Below, in pieces: positions 1 to 9,558 of a DNA stretch of 64,000 nt (position 1 is its first letter; every line of letters begins with the position of its first letter). Under the pieces are notes generated by a model. That model searched no databases, was not told the DNA's origin, and was given only the letters and a program-made list of their open reading frames with translations. The position numbers were made by a program, and so were the translations under genes. The stretch comes from an uncultured Gemmatimonadaceae bacterium (GTDB lineage: Bacteria; Gemmatimonadota; Gemmatimonadetes; Gemmatimonadales; Gemmatimonadaceae): contig CAWHHI010000012.1 of NCBI GenBank assembly GCA_963829055.1, forward strand, positions 224,001-288,000, written 5' to 3'.

Positions 1-492
1 CAGCGCCCGACGCCATTCCCCACGATGTCGATCCGTGACAACGTCGCCGCGGGGCTGCAGATCCTCGGAAGCAAGCGCCCTTCCCGAAGCGAGACTGACG
101 GCATCGTCGAGGACGCGCTCAAGCGCACGGCGCTGTGGGACGAAGTGAGCACGCGTCTCAGGGACAGCGCCGTTGGCCTCTCGGGCGGTCAACAACAACG
201 TCTGTGCATCGCACGCGCGCTCGCCACGCGACCCGCGGTGCTCCTGCTCGATGAGCCAACGGCGTCGCTCGATCCGATCAGCACGCAGAAGGTCGAGGAG
301 CTCGTCTACGAGCTGCGTCGCGACATGACGGTCGTGATCGTCACCCACAACATGCAGCAGGCGGCCCGCGTGTCGGACCGGACGGCATTCATGCTGAGCG
401 GCGAGCTGGTGGAGTTCGCGCCGACGAACGCGCTGTTCACCACGCCGTCGGATTCGCGGACGGAAGCGTACATCACGGGACGGTTCGGGTGA
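1..492 (+). CDS. pstB: Phosphate ABC transporter ATP-binding protein (5'-truncated by window edge)
   Basis: Open from base 1 (QRPTPFPTM...); [13 protein letters not shown] signature, LLLDEPT Walker [11 protein letters not shown], ends YITGRFG as in PstB. Confidence 0.95.
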   Translation, partial: QRPTPFPTMSIRDNVAAGLQILGSKRPSRSETDGIVEDALKRTALWDEVSTRLRDSAVGLSGGQQQRLCIARALATRPAVLLLDEPTASLDPISTQKVEELVYELRRDMTVVIVTHNMQQAARVSDRTAFMLSGELVEFAPTNALFTTPSDSRTEAYITGRFG

Positions 493-503
493 CGTCATCG
501 TTA

Positions 504-614
504 GGGACATCGGGACCGGGGACCGGGGACTCGGCGAAAGCACGGTCGTGCCGCGCGCCGCAGCGCTGCGAGCGGCTTTCGCCGAGTCCCCAGTCCCCAA
601 TCCCCAGTCCCCAG
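504..614. repeat. Palindromic element with heptamer (GGGGACY / RTCCCCA) tandem arms
   Basis: Perfect 17-bp inverted repeat GGGGACTCGGCGAAAGC (525-541) / GCTTTCGCCGAGTCCCC (575-591); inner palindrome CGCAGCGCTGCG (559-570); flanked by GGGACCG repeats and (A/G)TCCCCA repeats. Confidence 0.85.
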
Positions 615-1372
615 CCCACCCTGGCACCATCGCCGCGCGCGATTTCTCGTTCTGGTACGGCGCGAAACAGGCCCTCTTCGATGTCAACCTGACGATTCCG
701 TCGCGCGCCGTGACCGCGCTCATCGGGCCGTCGGGCTGCGGCAAGTCCACGTTCCTGCGCTCCATCAATCGTCTCAACGCGCTGATTCCCGGAGCGAAGC
801 ACTCCGGAGCCATCGAGCTCGATGGCGAAGACGTGTACGGGCAGGCCATGACCGCCGTCGCCCTTCGACAGCGCGTGGGAATGGTATTCCAACGCTGGAA
901 TCCGTTTCCCAAATCCATCTACGACAACGTCGCGTACGGCCCCCGCATCAACGGCGGTGCCTCACGCGCCGAGATCGATGAGATCGTCGAGCAGTCGTTG
1001 CGGCGCGCCGCGTTATGGGACGAAGTGAAGGACCGGCTCCGCCAGAGCGCGTTAGGTCTCTCGGGCGGGCAGCAGCAACGACTGTGCATCGCGCGAGCGC
1101 TCGCGAATGAGCCGGAGGTGCTGCTGCTCGACGAGCCCGCGAGTGCGCTCGATCCGATCGCGACGCAGAAGATCGAGGAGCTGCTCTACGAGCTCCGTTC
1201 CGAGTTGACCATTGTCATCGTGACCCACAACATGCAGCAGGCGGCTCGCGTCTCGGACCACACCGCCTTCTTCTACCTCGGACGGCTCGTCGAAGTGAAC
1301 GAGACCGGACGGCTGTTCACGACCCCGCGCGAGGAGCGCACCGAGGCGTACATCACTGGGAGATTCGGATGA
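548..1372 (+). CDS. pstB: Phosphate ABC transporter ATP-binding protein, second copy (start uncertain)
   Basis: GPSGCGKST Walker [21 protein letters not shown]-terminal YITGRFG. Confidence 0.95.
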   Translation: MPRAAALRAAFAESPVPNPQSPAHPGTIAARDFSFWYGAKQALFDVNLTIPSRAVTALIGPSGCGKSTFLRSINRLNALIPGAKHSGAIELDGEDVYGQAMTAVALRQRVGMVFQRWNPFPKSIYDNVAYGPRINGGASRAEIDEIVEQSLRRAALWDEVKDRLRQSALGLSGGQQQRLCIARALANEPEVLLLDEPASALDPIATQKIEELLYELRSELTIVIVTHNMQQAARVSDHTAFFYLGRLVEVNETGRLFTTPREERTEAYITGRFG

Positions 1373-2088
1373 GTCCCGAGGCCGCTGGCTTTCGTCATTT
1401 CCACGATCAGCTGCGAACGCTCAAGGAGCGCCTGCTCGACATGTCCGCCCGCGCCGAGGAGCTGGTCGATCTCGCGGTCGAGTCGCTGCTCACCCGCGAC
1501 AAAGACAAGGCGGACACCGTCATCAGTGGCGATCACGAGCTCGACATGATGGAGCTGGAGTGCGAGAACCTCGCCGTGTCGCTGCTCGCGCTCCAGCAGC
1601 CAATGGGGCGTGATCTCCGCTTCATCATCAGCGCCATCAAGATCACGAGCGACCTCGAGCGCGTTGGAGACCACGCGGTGAACATTGCCCAGTCCGCGCT
1701 GCGTCTCATCGCGCTGCACGTCGAGATTACGCCGACGCCTGAGATCGAGGATATGGCGCGGCGGTCTCGCGGCATGCTCGCCCAGGCGCTCGACGCGTTC
1801 ATCCGTGCTGACGGTGCCGTCGGTCGCGAGGTGTGCCGAGCGGATGACGCCGTCGATGCCCTGCACGACTCGGTCTTCCGTATCCTGCTGACTCACATGA
1901 TGGCCGACGCCCGCACGATCACCCCGTCGCTGGAGTTGTTGCTCGTGAGCCGCAACCTCGAGCGCGTCGCCGACCTCGCCACGAACATCGGCGAAGATGC
2001 GGTTTTCCTAGCCGAGGGGAAGCAGATCAAGCATCATTATGAGGAGCAGCAGCGCGACCGCGCTGTCATCCCTCAACCGACTGGTTAG
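1369..2088 (+). CDS. phoU: Phosphate signalling protein PhoU
   Basis: [23 protein letters not shown] and [13 protein letters not shown] motifs; ATGA overlap with pstB. Confidence 0.95.
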   Translation: MSPEAAGFRHFHDQLRTLKERLLDMSARAEELVDLAVESLLTRDKDKADTVISGDHELDMMELECENLAVSLLALQQPMGRDLRFIISAIKITSDLERVGDHAVNIAQSALRLIALHVEITPTPEIEDMARRSRGMLAQALDAFIRADGAVGREVCRADDAVDALHDSVFRILLTHMMADARTITPSLELLLVSRNLERVADLATNIGEDAVFLAEGKQIKHHYEEQQRDRAVIPQPTG

Positions 2089-3726
2089 GTGGCCCTCCCA
2101 GCGCTCTCTCGATCGTCCGAAACTTCCACACGATCTCCGCGAGCCGAGCAGGACGCGCGGCTCGCAGCAATCGACATCGGCTCGAATTCCATCCGGCAGA
2201 TCGTTGCCGATGTGTCGCCGACCGGCTCCATCCGCGTCGTCGACGAGATGAAGGCCGCGCCGCGACTCGGTGCCGGCCTCCGCGAGACGGGGCTCCTCAG
2301 TGAGACGTCGATGCGTAAGGCGCTCGAGGCGCTGACGCGCATGGCGACGCTCGCTCGGCAATTGGGCGCGACGCGTATCGAGGCCGTCGCGACCAGTGCC
2401 GTGCGCGACGCCGCCAATGGGCTCACGTTCCTCGAGCTCGTTCGCTCCGAGACCGGGCTCAAGGTGAAGGTGCTTCGTGGCGAGGAGGAAGCACGCCTCT
2501 CGTTCCGGAGCGCGCTCGCCCACTTCGAGATGGGCGTCGGACGCGCGGTCGTCATGGACATCGGCGGTGGCTCGTTGGAGCTCGCCCTGAGCGCCGATGG
2601 ACTGCTCGAGCGCCTGATCTCACTCCCATTCGGGGCGATTCGCCTGACGGAGGAGTTCCTGGCGCCTGGCACGCGGCGCAAGGGAGTACGAAAGCTGCGC
2701 GCCGCGATCCGCGACGATATCCGGAGGACGCTGCCCGTCCGTGATTGGCGCGGCGCACAGGTCATCGGCTCTGGTGGGACATTCACGAACCTCGCCGGCA
2801 TCTACCTCAACCGGCAAGGCGTGCAGACCGCGCGCACCACCCACGGGACGCGGCTGCCTCGCGTGGAGCTCGAGCACATTCTCGACATGCTGCAGGACAT
2901 GTCGCCGGAGCAGCGCACCGCGGTCCCCGGCCTGAACCCGGGCCGCGCGGACATCATCGTCGCGGGATTCGCCGTTGCGGCGGAAGTCCTCGCTCGGCTC
3001 GAGTCGCGCGAGGTGATCGTATCCGCCTACGGCATCCGCGAGGGGCTGCTGCTCGAGACCGCGCGCGTCGTGCCCACGTTCTCCGACCGCGGCGAAGCGC
3101 GCGAGCGCTCGGTCCGGGAGTTCGCCGAGCGTTGCCACTACGAAGAACCGCACGCGCGACACGTCCAGCGATTGTCGCTGCAACTGTTCGACGCCATCGG
3201 ACCGCGCATCGGCCTGACGGCAGTTGACCGACAGATCCTCGCCGACGCGGCGTTGCTCCACGACGTCGGCTACCACATCAACTACGAGAAGCATCACAAG
3301 CACTCGTACCACCTGATCATCCACGCCGACATGTTAGGCATGTCGCCGGAGGAACAGGTCGCGATCGCAAACGTGGCGCGCTACCACCGCGGCGCGGCGC
3401 CGAAGCGAAAGCATCCGAACTTCGGCATGCTCGATCGTGGATTGCGCCGGCGCATTCGCAAGCTCGCGGCGCTTCTTCGCGTCGCGGATGGATTCGACCG
3501 GGGTCACATCGGGGCTGTCGATCGCGTGAAGGTGCGCTGGCTCGATCGCGCGCTGCGCATCACACCGAGCGCCAATCGACGAGCGCAGTCACTGCGTCTC
3601 GATCTCTGGGGCGCGAGCCGCAAGGCAGAACTGCTCGCGAGGATCGTGCAGATCCCCGTCGAGATCGTGGCGCCCGACGGCACGGTGATCTCGCAAGAGC
3701 AGACGGACGAGCAGGCCGCCGACTGA
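2089..3726 (+). CDS. ppx: Exopolyphosphatase Ppx/GppA with C-terminal HD domain
   Basis: AAIDIGSNS, ATSAVRDA, DIGGGSLE, YGIREG and LLHDVG motifs. Confidence 0.93.
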   Translation: MALPALSRSSETSTRSPRAEQDARLAAIDIGSNSIRQIVADVSPTGSIRVVDEMKAAPRLGAGLRETGLLSETSMRKALEALTRMATLARQLGATRIEAVATSAVRDAANGLTFLELVRSETGLKVKVLRGEEEARLSFRSALAHFEMGVGRAVVMDIGGGSLELALSADGLLERLISLPFGAIRLTEEFLAPGTRRKGVRKLRAAIRDDIRRTLPVRDWRGAQVIGSGGTFTNLAGIYLNRQGVQTARTTHGTRLPRVELEHILDMLQDMSPEQRTAVPGLNPGRADIIVAGFAVAAEVLARLESREVIVSAYGIREGLLLETARVVPTFSDRGEARERSVREFAERCHYEEPHARHVQRLSLQLFDAIGPRIGLTAVDRQILADAALLHDVGYHINYEKHHKHSYHLIIHADMLGMSPEEQVAIANVARYHRGAAPKRKHPNFGMLDRGLRRRIRKLAALLRVADGFDRGHIGAVDRVKVRWLDRALRITPSANRRAQSLRLDLWGASRKAELLARIVQIPVEIVAPDGTVISQEQTDEQAAD

Positions 3727-3777
3727 GTTTTCGCCGCGCCTAACGTCGTGCGGCTCGATCGGCGTCGTTGAGCAGCG

Positions 3778-5931
3778 TCAGGCGCTGTTAGGCACCCGCT
3801 CGGTTCGTTGGACCGTCTCGGGCGTGCGCGATGCGGCGCGCTCAGGTACCTCGAGCCCCCATGGGTCTCGCAGGAGCACGCGATGCGTTCCCCGCTCCAC
3901 GCCGTCGCCAGGTGTGCGCTGCTCGTAACCGCCGTCAGGCCTGAGCTCCCACGCCTGACGGTTGTCGGCAAGACACGTTTCCAGCACGCCGCGCAGACGC
4001 GGGTGCAGTGCCTTGTCGACCACGGGCGCCACCGCTTCCACCCGGCGATCGAGGTTGCGCGGCATCCAGTCCGCTGAGCCGATGAAGTACTCGTCATCGC
4101 CGCTGTTGGCGAAGTAGAACACGCGCGAATGCTCGAGAAAACGACCGACGATGCTGATCACGCGAATGCGTTCGCTCACATCGGGCACACCGGGACGCAG
4201 GCAGCAGATGCCGCGAACGATGAGGTCGATCTCCACTCCCGCCTGCGACGCCTCGTACAGCGCCGCGATGATTCCCGGATCGACGAGTGCGTTCATCTTG
4301 GCGATGATTCGCGCCGGTCGCCCGTCGCGCGCCGCATTCGCTTCGTTGCCGATCAGTTCCAGAAAGCGATCGCGCATGTTGCCAGGCGCGATCAGCAGCT
4401 TGCGATACACCCGTTGCCGCGAGAAGCCCGTCAACGAGTTGAAGAGGTCACTCAGGTCGGCGCCGATCGACGGACTCGCCGTGAACAGACCGATGTCCGT
4501 GTACGTCCGCGCCGTCTTCGTGTTGTAGTTGCCAGTACCGATGTGGACGTAGCGGCGAATGCCATCCGCCTCGCGGCGAACGACCAGCGCGACCTTCGAG
4601 TGCGTCTTGAGCCCAGGGAGCCCGTAGGCGACGTGCACGCCGAAGTTTTCCAGGGTCCGCGCCCACGTGATGTTGTTCGCCTCGTCGAAGCGCGCTTGCA
4701 GCTCGACGAGTACCGCGACCTGCTTGCCGCGTTGCGCAGCCTCCGTGAGCGCGCGCACGATCGCCGTGTCGCCGGACGTGCGGTACAGCGTGAGCTTGAT
4801 CGCGAGCACGTGGTCGTCACGCGCTGCCGCCTCGAGAAACTGCTCCACCGTCGCGGCGAAGGACTCGAATGGATGGTGCACGAGCAGGTCATGTTCGCGA
4901 ATCACATCGAAGATCGATCGCGTCGTGTCTCGCACGGCGAGCGGCACCGTCGGCACGAGCATCGGGTCGCGGAGCTCCGGAATGTCGAGCATCGCGATCG
5001 CCATGAGGTCGCCCAGCTCCAGCAACGGGCCACCGTCATAGACATCGCGTTCCGCGAGCACGATCCCGGGCAACGCTTCGCTCTCGCGCAGCTCCTCGAG
5101 GATGAGCGCGCGTATGTGTGCCGGCATTCCGTCCTGCACTTCGAGCCGCACCACTTCGCCGAACCGACGCTGGAACACCTGCTCCTCGATCATCGCCAGC
5201 AGGTCCTCCGGCTCGTCGACAGTCTTGTCCAGCTCGAGGTCCGAGTAGCGCGTGACCTTGAACGCCCACCAACCGAGGACCTGCATGCCGGGGAACAACG
5301 ACCCGAGGTTCGCGCCGATGACCTCCTCGAGTGATACGAACTGATTCCCGCGGCCGAACGGCACCCAGCGCGGAAGACTCTTCGGCACCTTCACACGCGC
5401 GAAGTGGTCGACGCCTCGATCCGGATCGCGGATCTCGACCGCGAGCGACAACGAGAGATTCGAGACGTATGGGAACGGATGCCCCGGGTCGACCGCGAGG
5501 GGCGTGAGCACCGGAAACACCTCGGACTCGAAGAACACGTCGACGGTATTCCACTCGCTCGACGTTAGGTCGTTCATGTGCACGAGTCGGATGCCCTTCT
5601 CATCCAGCGCTGGCAACACGCGTTGATGGAGGCACTCGTGCGCGCGCGCGAGAAGCTCGCGAACCCGGCGCTCGATCGCGTCCAGCTGCGCCTGCGCGCT
5701 CAATCCGTCTGCGGGAACCGCCGTCACCCCAGCCGCGACCTGTCGTCGCAGACCGGCAACGCGCACCATGTAGAACTCGTCGAGATTCGTGCTGAAGATC
5801 GAAAGGAACTTCAGCCGCTCCAGCAGCGGGTTGCGCTCGTCGAACGCCTCGTGGAGTACGCGCGCATTGAACTCGAGCCAACTGAGCTCGCGGTTGAAGA
5901 ACAGCGCTGGTGGAAGGGAATCGTGAGGCAT
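3778..5931 (-). CDS. ppk1: Polyphosphate kinase 1
   Basis: FNRELSWLEFNARVL, NLDEFYMVRV, KTHSK, GRFLEHSR, SADWMPRNLDRRVE; start set at ATG 5931. Confidence 0.96.
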   Translation of the reverse strand: MPHDSLPPALFFNRELSWLEFNARVLHEAFDERNPLLERLKFLSIFSTNLDEFYMVRVAGLRRQVAAGVTAVPADGLSAQAQLDAIERRVRELLARAHECLHQRVLPALDEKGIRLVHMNDLTSSEWNTVDVFFESEVFPVLTPLAVDPGHPFPYVSNLSLSLAVEIRDPDRGVDHFARVKVPKSLPRWVPFGRGNQFVSLEEVIGANLGSLFPGMQVLGWWAFKVTRYSDLELDKTVDEPEDLLAMIEEQVFQRRFGEVVRLEVQDGMPAHIRALILEELRESEALPGIVLAERDVYDGGPLLELGDLMAIAMLDIPELRDPMLVPTVPLAVRDTTRSIFDVIREHDLLVHHPFESFAATVEQFLEAAARDDHVLAIKLTLYRTSGDTAIVRALTEAAQRGKQVAVLVELQARFDEANNITWARTLENFGVHVAYGLPGLKTHSKVALVVRREADGIRRYVHIGTGNYNTKTARTYTDIGLFTASPSIGADLSDLFNSLTGFSRQRVYRKLLIAPGNMRDRFLELIGNEANAARDGRPARIIAKMNALVDPGIIAALYEASQAGVEIDLIVRGICCLRPGVPDVSERIRVISIVGRFLEHSRVFYFANSGDDEYFIGSADWMPRNLDRRVEAVAPVVDKALHPRLRGVLETCLADNRQAWELRPDGGYEQRTPGDGVERGTHRVLLRDPWGLEVPERAASRTPETVQRTERVPNSA

Positions 5932-6062
5932 ACCGAGGGGCGAAATGAGCTTCGAAACACCTGCGAACACGTATGCGGTCAGCCCGAAAAAAACGCCCGG
6001 CATGTGCGGGCGCGGGTGTTCATCTCAACCGACCGCGAATCGGCCCACGCGCCACGAAGCTG

Positions 6063-7115
6063 TCACAGCCGGATAAAATGCGAGAGCACAAAATACGACA
6101 ACGCAGCGATGAGCGCCGCAGCGGGGATCGTCATGATCCATGCCCAGACGATGCGACCCGCGACGCCCCAGCGAACGGCGGACAGCCCGTTCGTCGCGCC
6201 AACCCCGACGATAGCCCCCGTAATGGTGTGCGTGGTGCTGACCGGAATTCCGAGTTTCGTCGCCACGAGAATGGCGAACGCGCCGCCCGTCTCCGCGCAG
6301 AAGCCACCAACCGGTCGCAGCTTCGTGATCCGGTTGCCCATCGTGTGCACGATTCGCCAGCCGCCCAGGAGTGTGCCCAGCGCGATACAGCTGTACGCGC
6401 CGATCTCCACCCAGTACGGCACCGCACCCTCCGGGTTAGGCAGGTAGAAGAGGCCCAGCAATCCGGTCTGGCCGCGAAACAATTCCTGCGTGTGCGACGC
6501 GCCGAGCAGCCCGACGATGATGCCCATCGTCTTCTGCGCGTCGTTGGCGCCGTGCGAGAACGAGAAGAGGCCCGAGCTCACGAGCTGCGCCACACGGAAC
6601 ACTCTGTCCACACGCGCCGGCGCCGCGCGCTGAAAGATCCAGTACACCGCGACCATCAGCACGAAGCCCGCAGCAAGCCCGATCAGCGGCGACAGGGCGA
6701 TGAACTCGAGCGTCTTGATCCACTTGTCGCCCCACAGAATCGCGCTCCACCCGGCCTTCGTCACCGCCGCGCCAGCGTAGCCGCCGATCAGTGCGTGCGA
6801 GGAGCTCGACGGAAGTCCGTACGCCCAGGTGATGAGGTTCCACGCGATCGCACCGAGTAGCGCCGCGAGAATGACGGTCGGGTCGACGATCGCCTGATCG
6901 ATCATCCCGCTCTGCACCGTCTTGGCGACCGCGGTGCCAACGACGAACGCCGCCGAGAAGTTGAAGAACGCGGCCCAGACGACGGCGGCGAACGGATTCA
7001 GCACGCGCGTCCCGACGATTGTGGCGATCGAGTTCGCCGAATCGTGAAAGCCGTTGATGAAGTCGAACGCGAACCCGATCAGGACGATGACGACGACGTA
7101 CGCCATCGGACTCAC
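6063..7115 (-). CDS. pit: Inorganic phosphate transporter, PiT family
   Basis: GFHDSANSIAT, GLPSSSSHALIGG, HGANDAQK, PVSTTH; GTG start overlaps upstream TGA. Confidence 0.93.
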   Translation of the reverse strand: MSPMAYVVVIVLIGFAFDFINGFHDSANSIATIVGTRVLNPFAAVVWAAFFNFSAAFVVGTAVAKTVQSGMIDQAIVDPTVILAALLGAIAWNLITWAYGLPSSSSHALIGGYAGAAVTKAGWSAILWGDKWIKTLEFIALSPLIGLAAGFVLMVAVYWIFQRAAPARVDRVFRVAQLVSSGLFSFSHGANDAQKTMGIIVGLLGASHTQELFRGQTGLLGLFYLPNPEGAVPYWVEIGAYSCIALGTLLGGWRIVHTMGNRITKLRPVGGFCAETGGAFAILVATKLGIPVSTTHTITGAIVGVGATNGLSAVRWGVAGRIVWAWIMTIPAAALIAALSYFVLSHFIRL

Positions 7116-7723
7116 GAATTCTTGAGCGAGATACTCTCCAGCACGTGGCCGACGCCCTGACACTGATCCAGCGTTTCCTCGAGCGTGTCGTACATCTCCT
7201 TCCACTTCACGACCTCGAGCGCGTCCGGCGTGCCGCGGAACAGCTCACCGACGGCATCCTGATAGATCGCGTCGCCTTCCTCTTCCAGCTTCTTGATCTC
7301 GCGACTCTTCTCGGCGACGACAGCCGGCTGCTTGATCGCGGCGACCGCTGCCTGGATGTGGTCGGCGGCCCGTGAGATCGTTTCCGAAAGCTTCTGCGCC
7401 GGCTTCCGTGATTCCGTGATGTGGAACATCGCGACGCGACGTGCGGTGCCATCGATCAGGTCGATGACATCGTCGAGCTCCGTTGCCAGCAGATGGATGT
7501 CTTCACGATCGATCGGTGTGACGAAGCTTCGATCGATCCGCGCCCGCACGTCGTTCGTGAGGACGTCAGCCTCGTGCTCGACCGTCTTGATCGCGGCGAC
7601 GTACTGATCGAGGCGATCGGGCTCGTTGAGCAGGCAATTGAGCAGCCGCGCTGCTTCCTTCAGGCGCTTGGCGAGTTCGTTGAACAGAACGAAAAAGCCT
7701 TCGTCGCGTGGAATGAGACGCAC
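7112..7723 (-). CDS. DUF47 / PhoU-like Pit accessory protein
   Basis: IKTVEHEAD, FVTPIDREDI, LEEEGD, KWKEMY; directly upstream of pit. Confidence 0.88.
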   Translation of the reverse strand: MRLIPRDEGFFVLFNELAKRLKEAARLLNCLLNEPDRLDQYVAAIKTVEHEADVLTNDVRARIDRSFVTPIDREDIHLLATELDDVIDLIDGTARRVAMFHITESRKPAQKLSETISRAADHIQAAVAAIKQPAVVAEKSREIKKLEEEGDAIYQDAVGELFRGTPDALEVVKWKEMYDTLEETLDQCQGVGHVLESISLKNS

Positions 7724-7785
7724 GGGGTTTCGTCGGAGGTGGCCGAGGCCACGCGGCGTCCTCGGCTTCGCCGTGGCGCGGGCTT

Positions 7786-7803
7786 CGTGACGTGATCGCG
7801 ACA
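7786..7803 (-). promoter_or_regulatory. Candidate Pho-box-like direct repeat upstream of DUF47-pit
   Basis: Minus strand TGTCGCGATCACGTCAC has two GTC(G/A)C units 11 bp apart; phosphate-gene context. Confidence 0.3.
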
Positions 7804-7873
7804 AAGATAGCCACCCCGTGTTCGGGCGCGCCAGCAGTGACGCGGTCTCATCACTGGAGGGATCAGGCGTCGA

Positions 7874-8149
7874 TCAGAAGGCAACGCCCCGAGCAATGCC
7901 TGCGGCTTTCTGGGGATTCCGCTGCGCGGGCGGTCGCGCGGTATGACACAGCCGTTCGAGCCCGGGCCAGTCCATCATGGCCCAGTCATCCGGGTAAGAA
8001 GCGAGGGATCGCGTCGCGTCACGCGAAAAAAAATACAGCCAGCTGTCAGCATCCTCGCCAGAAAGCTGCTTTGGAGCGACGTCGCCGGTCAGCTCGTACA
8101 CTTGCCAGTTCACCCCGTCGGAGTCGATGAACTTTCTAGTGACGGTCAC
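7874..8149 (-). CDS. Small hypothetical protein (91 aa)
   Basis: GGAG RBS before GTG; Trp-rich pattern RxFxDxxGxxWxV...WLxF...PxxW. Confidence 0.7.
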   Translation of the reverse strand: MTVTRKFIDSDGVNWQVYELTGDVAPKQLSGEDADSWLYFFSRDATRSLASYPDDWAMMDWPGLERLCHTARPPAQRNPQKAAGIARGVAF

Positions 8150-8321
8150 TGCGCTCCTCCTCGAAGGTCCAAGCGACCTAATGCACTCACCGTGCCCACC
8201 AGTGGTGAATCTTCCCGACCGCGGGTGATCGATGCAATGCGCGCGAAGGTGCCGTCAGCGATCGTTACAGCCACTGTTACGAAACCGAGACACCGCGCCG
8301 CTTGACGCGGTGAGTTCGCGA

Positions 8322-9272
8322 TCAGTACGCGGAGCCGCTGCCCGTCTTCGCGTCGGCCGTCGCGCACGCCCCTGACGCACACCGTTCGGTGTGCATCTGC
8401 GGTGACGCGAGGAGCTCACGCATGGGGAGCGGCCCGCGCCCGAGGCATTGCGCCATCGCCACACCACTCGACGTCCCGATGCGTGTGGCGCCGTTCGCTA
8501 TCATGCGCAACGCCGTTGCACAGTCACGAACGCCGCCCGACGCCTTGACGCCTAACGCGTCACCCACCACGAGTCGCATGAGCGCCACCGCCTCGGCGGT
8601 CGCCCCGCCGGCAGCGTGGAAACCCGTGCTCGTCTTCACATAGTTCGCCCCCACCTCGCGGGCGAGCGCGCTGGCTTTGATGATCTCCACGGGCGTGAGG
8701 TGCGCGGACTCGATGATCACCTTGACGAGCACTCCACCAGCCGCACGCACAACGGCGGCAATGTCATCGGCGACGTGGTTCCAGTCACCACTCTTGATGT
8801 GGCCGACCGTGGCTACCATGTCGATTTCCGTGGCGCCTTGGCGGATGGCCAGCGATGCCTCCGCAGCCTTGATCTCGGACTGGTTCGCGCCTAACGGGAA
8901 ACCGACCACGGTCGCGAGCGCGACGCGGCTGCCCTTGAGCCGCTCGGCGCAGCGCGGTACCCACACCGGGTTGACGCACACGGCCGCGAACTCGTACTCC
9001 ATCGCCTCGGCGCAGAGTTGGTCGATCTCCGCCAGCGTCGTCTCCGCCTTGAGCATCGTGTGATCGATGAACTCGGCGATCCGCGCATTGTCGCGGACGT
9101 AACGCACACCCGGGGACGCAGTCGCAACGGCGGAAGGGGCCGGCGCGGAGACCGCGTGCGGCAGCGCGAACGAAGGTGCCGACTCGCGACGGACGGCCAC
9201 CTCATCCGCTCGCGCCAACTCTCGCGCAACCTTCGCCGCCAGCGCATCGAGATCGATGCCGCGCTGGCTCAT
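8322..9272 (-). CDS. deoC: Deoxyribose-phosphate aldolase with N-terminal extension (putative encapsulation peptide) and Cys-containing C-tail
   Basis: IDHTMLK, VVGFPLG, GATEIDMV, KVIIE, VKTSTG (Schiff-base Lys), VKASGG, RIGTSSG, terminal Tyr. Confidence 0.93.
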   Translation of the reverse strand: MSQRGIDLDALAAKVARELARADEVAVRRESAPSFALPHAVSAPAPSAVATASPGVRYVRDNARIAEFIDHTMLKAETTLAEIDQLCAEAMEYEFAAVCVNPVWVPRCAERLKGSRVALATVVGFPLGANQSEIKAAEASLAIRQGATEIDMVATVGHIKSGDWNHVADDIAAVVRAAGGVLVKVIIESAHLTPVEIIKASALAREVGANYVKTSTGFHAAGGATAEAVALMRLVVGDALGVKASGGVRDCATALRMIANGATRIGTSSGVAMAQCLGRGPLPMRELLASPQMHTERCASGACATADAKTGSGSAY

Positions 9273-9556
9273 CCCTGCCCCGCGTTCCGGTCGATGTGAA
9301 CCTGGTCGACGACGCCGACCACGACCGCCTGGACTGGAATCTTCGTGTCCTTGAACAGCGCTCGCGCGGCGTTGCCCTCCTGAACGATCAGGACCTTCTC
9401 GCCGACCCCAACGCCAATCACGTCGAGCGCGATCACGTCCCCTCCCTCCTCGCGATCATCGAGATCGAGACGCCTCACGAGCAGCAGTTTCTTTTGACCG
9501 AGATGCTCGTGACGATGCGTGGACACCACGTCACCGATGACGCGCGCGAGGTACAC
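9269..9556 (-). CDS. EutN/CcmL family microcompartment vertex protein (BMC-P)
   Basis: MYLARVIGDVVST...LLLVR...IALDVIGVGVGEKVL...VVVGVVD pattern. Confidence 0.9.
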   Translation of the reverse strand: MYLARVIGDVVSTHRHEHLGQKKLLLVRRLDLDDREEGGDVIALDVIGVGVGEKVLIVQEGNAARALFKDTKIPVQAVVVGVVDQVHIDRNAGQG

Positions 9557-9558
9557 TG

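Noticed and set aside
1..1372. Tandem pstB duplication as a novelty
   Set aside because: Two-pstB operons are well known in other bacteria
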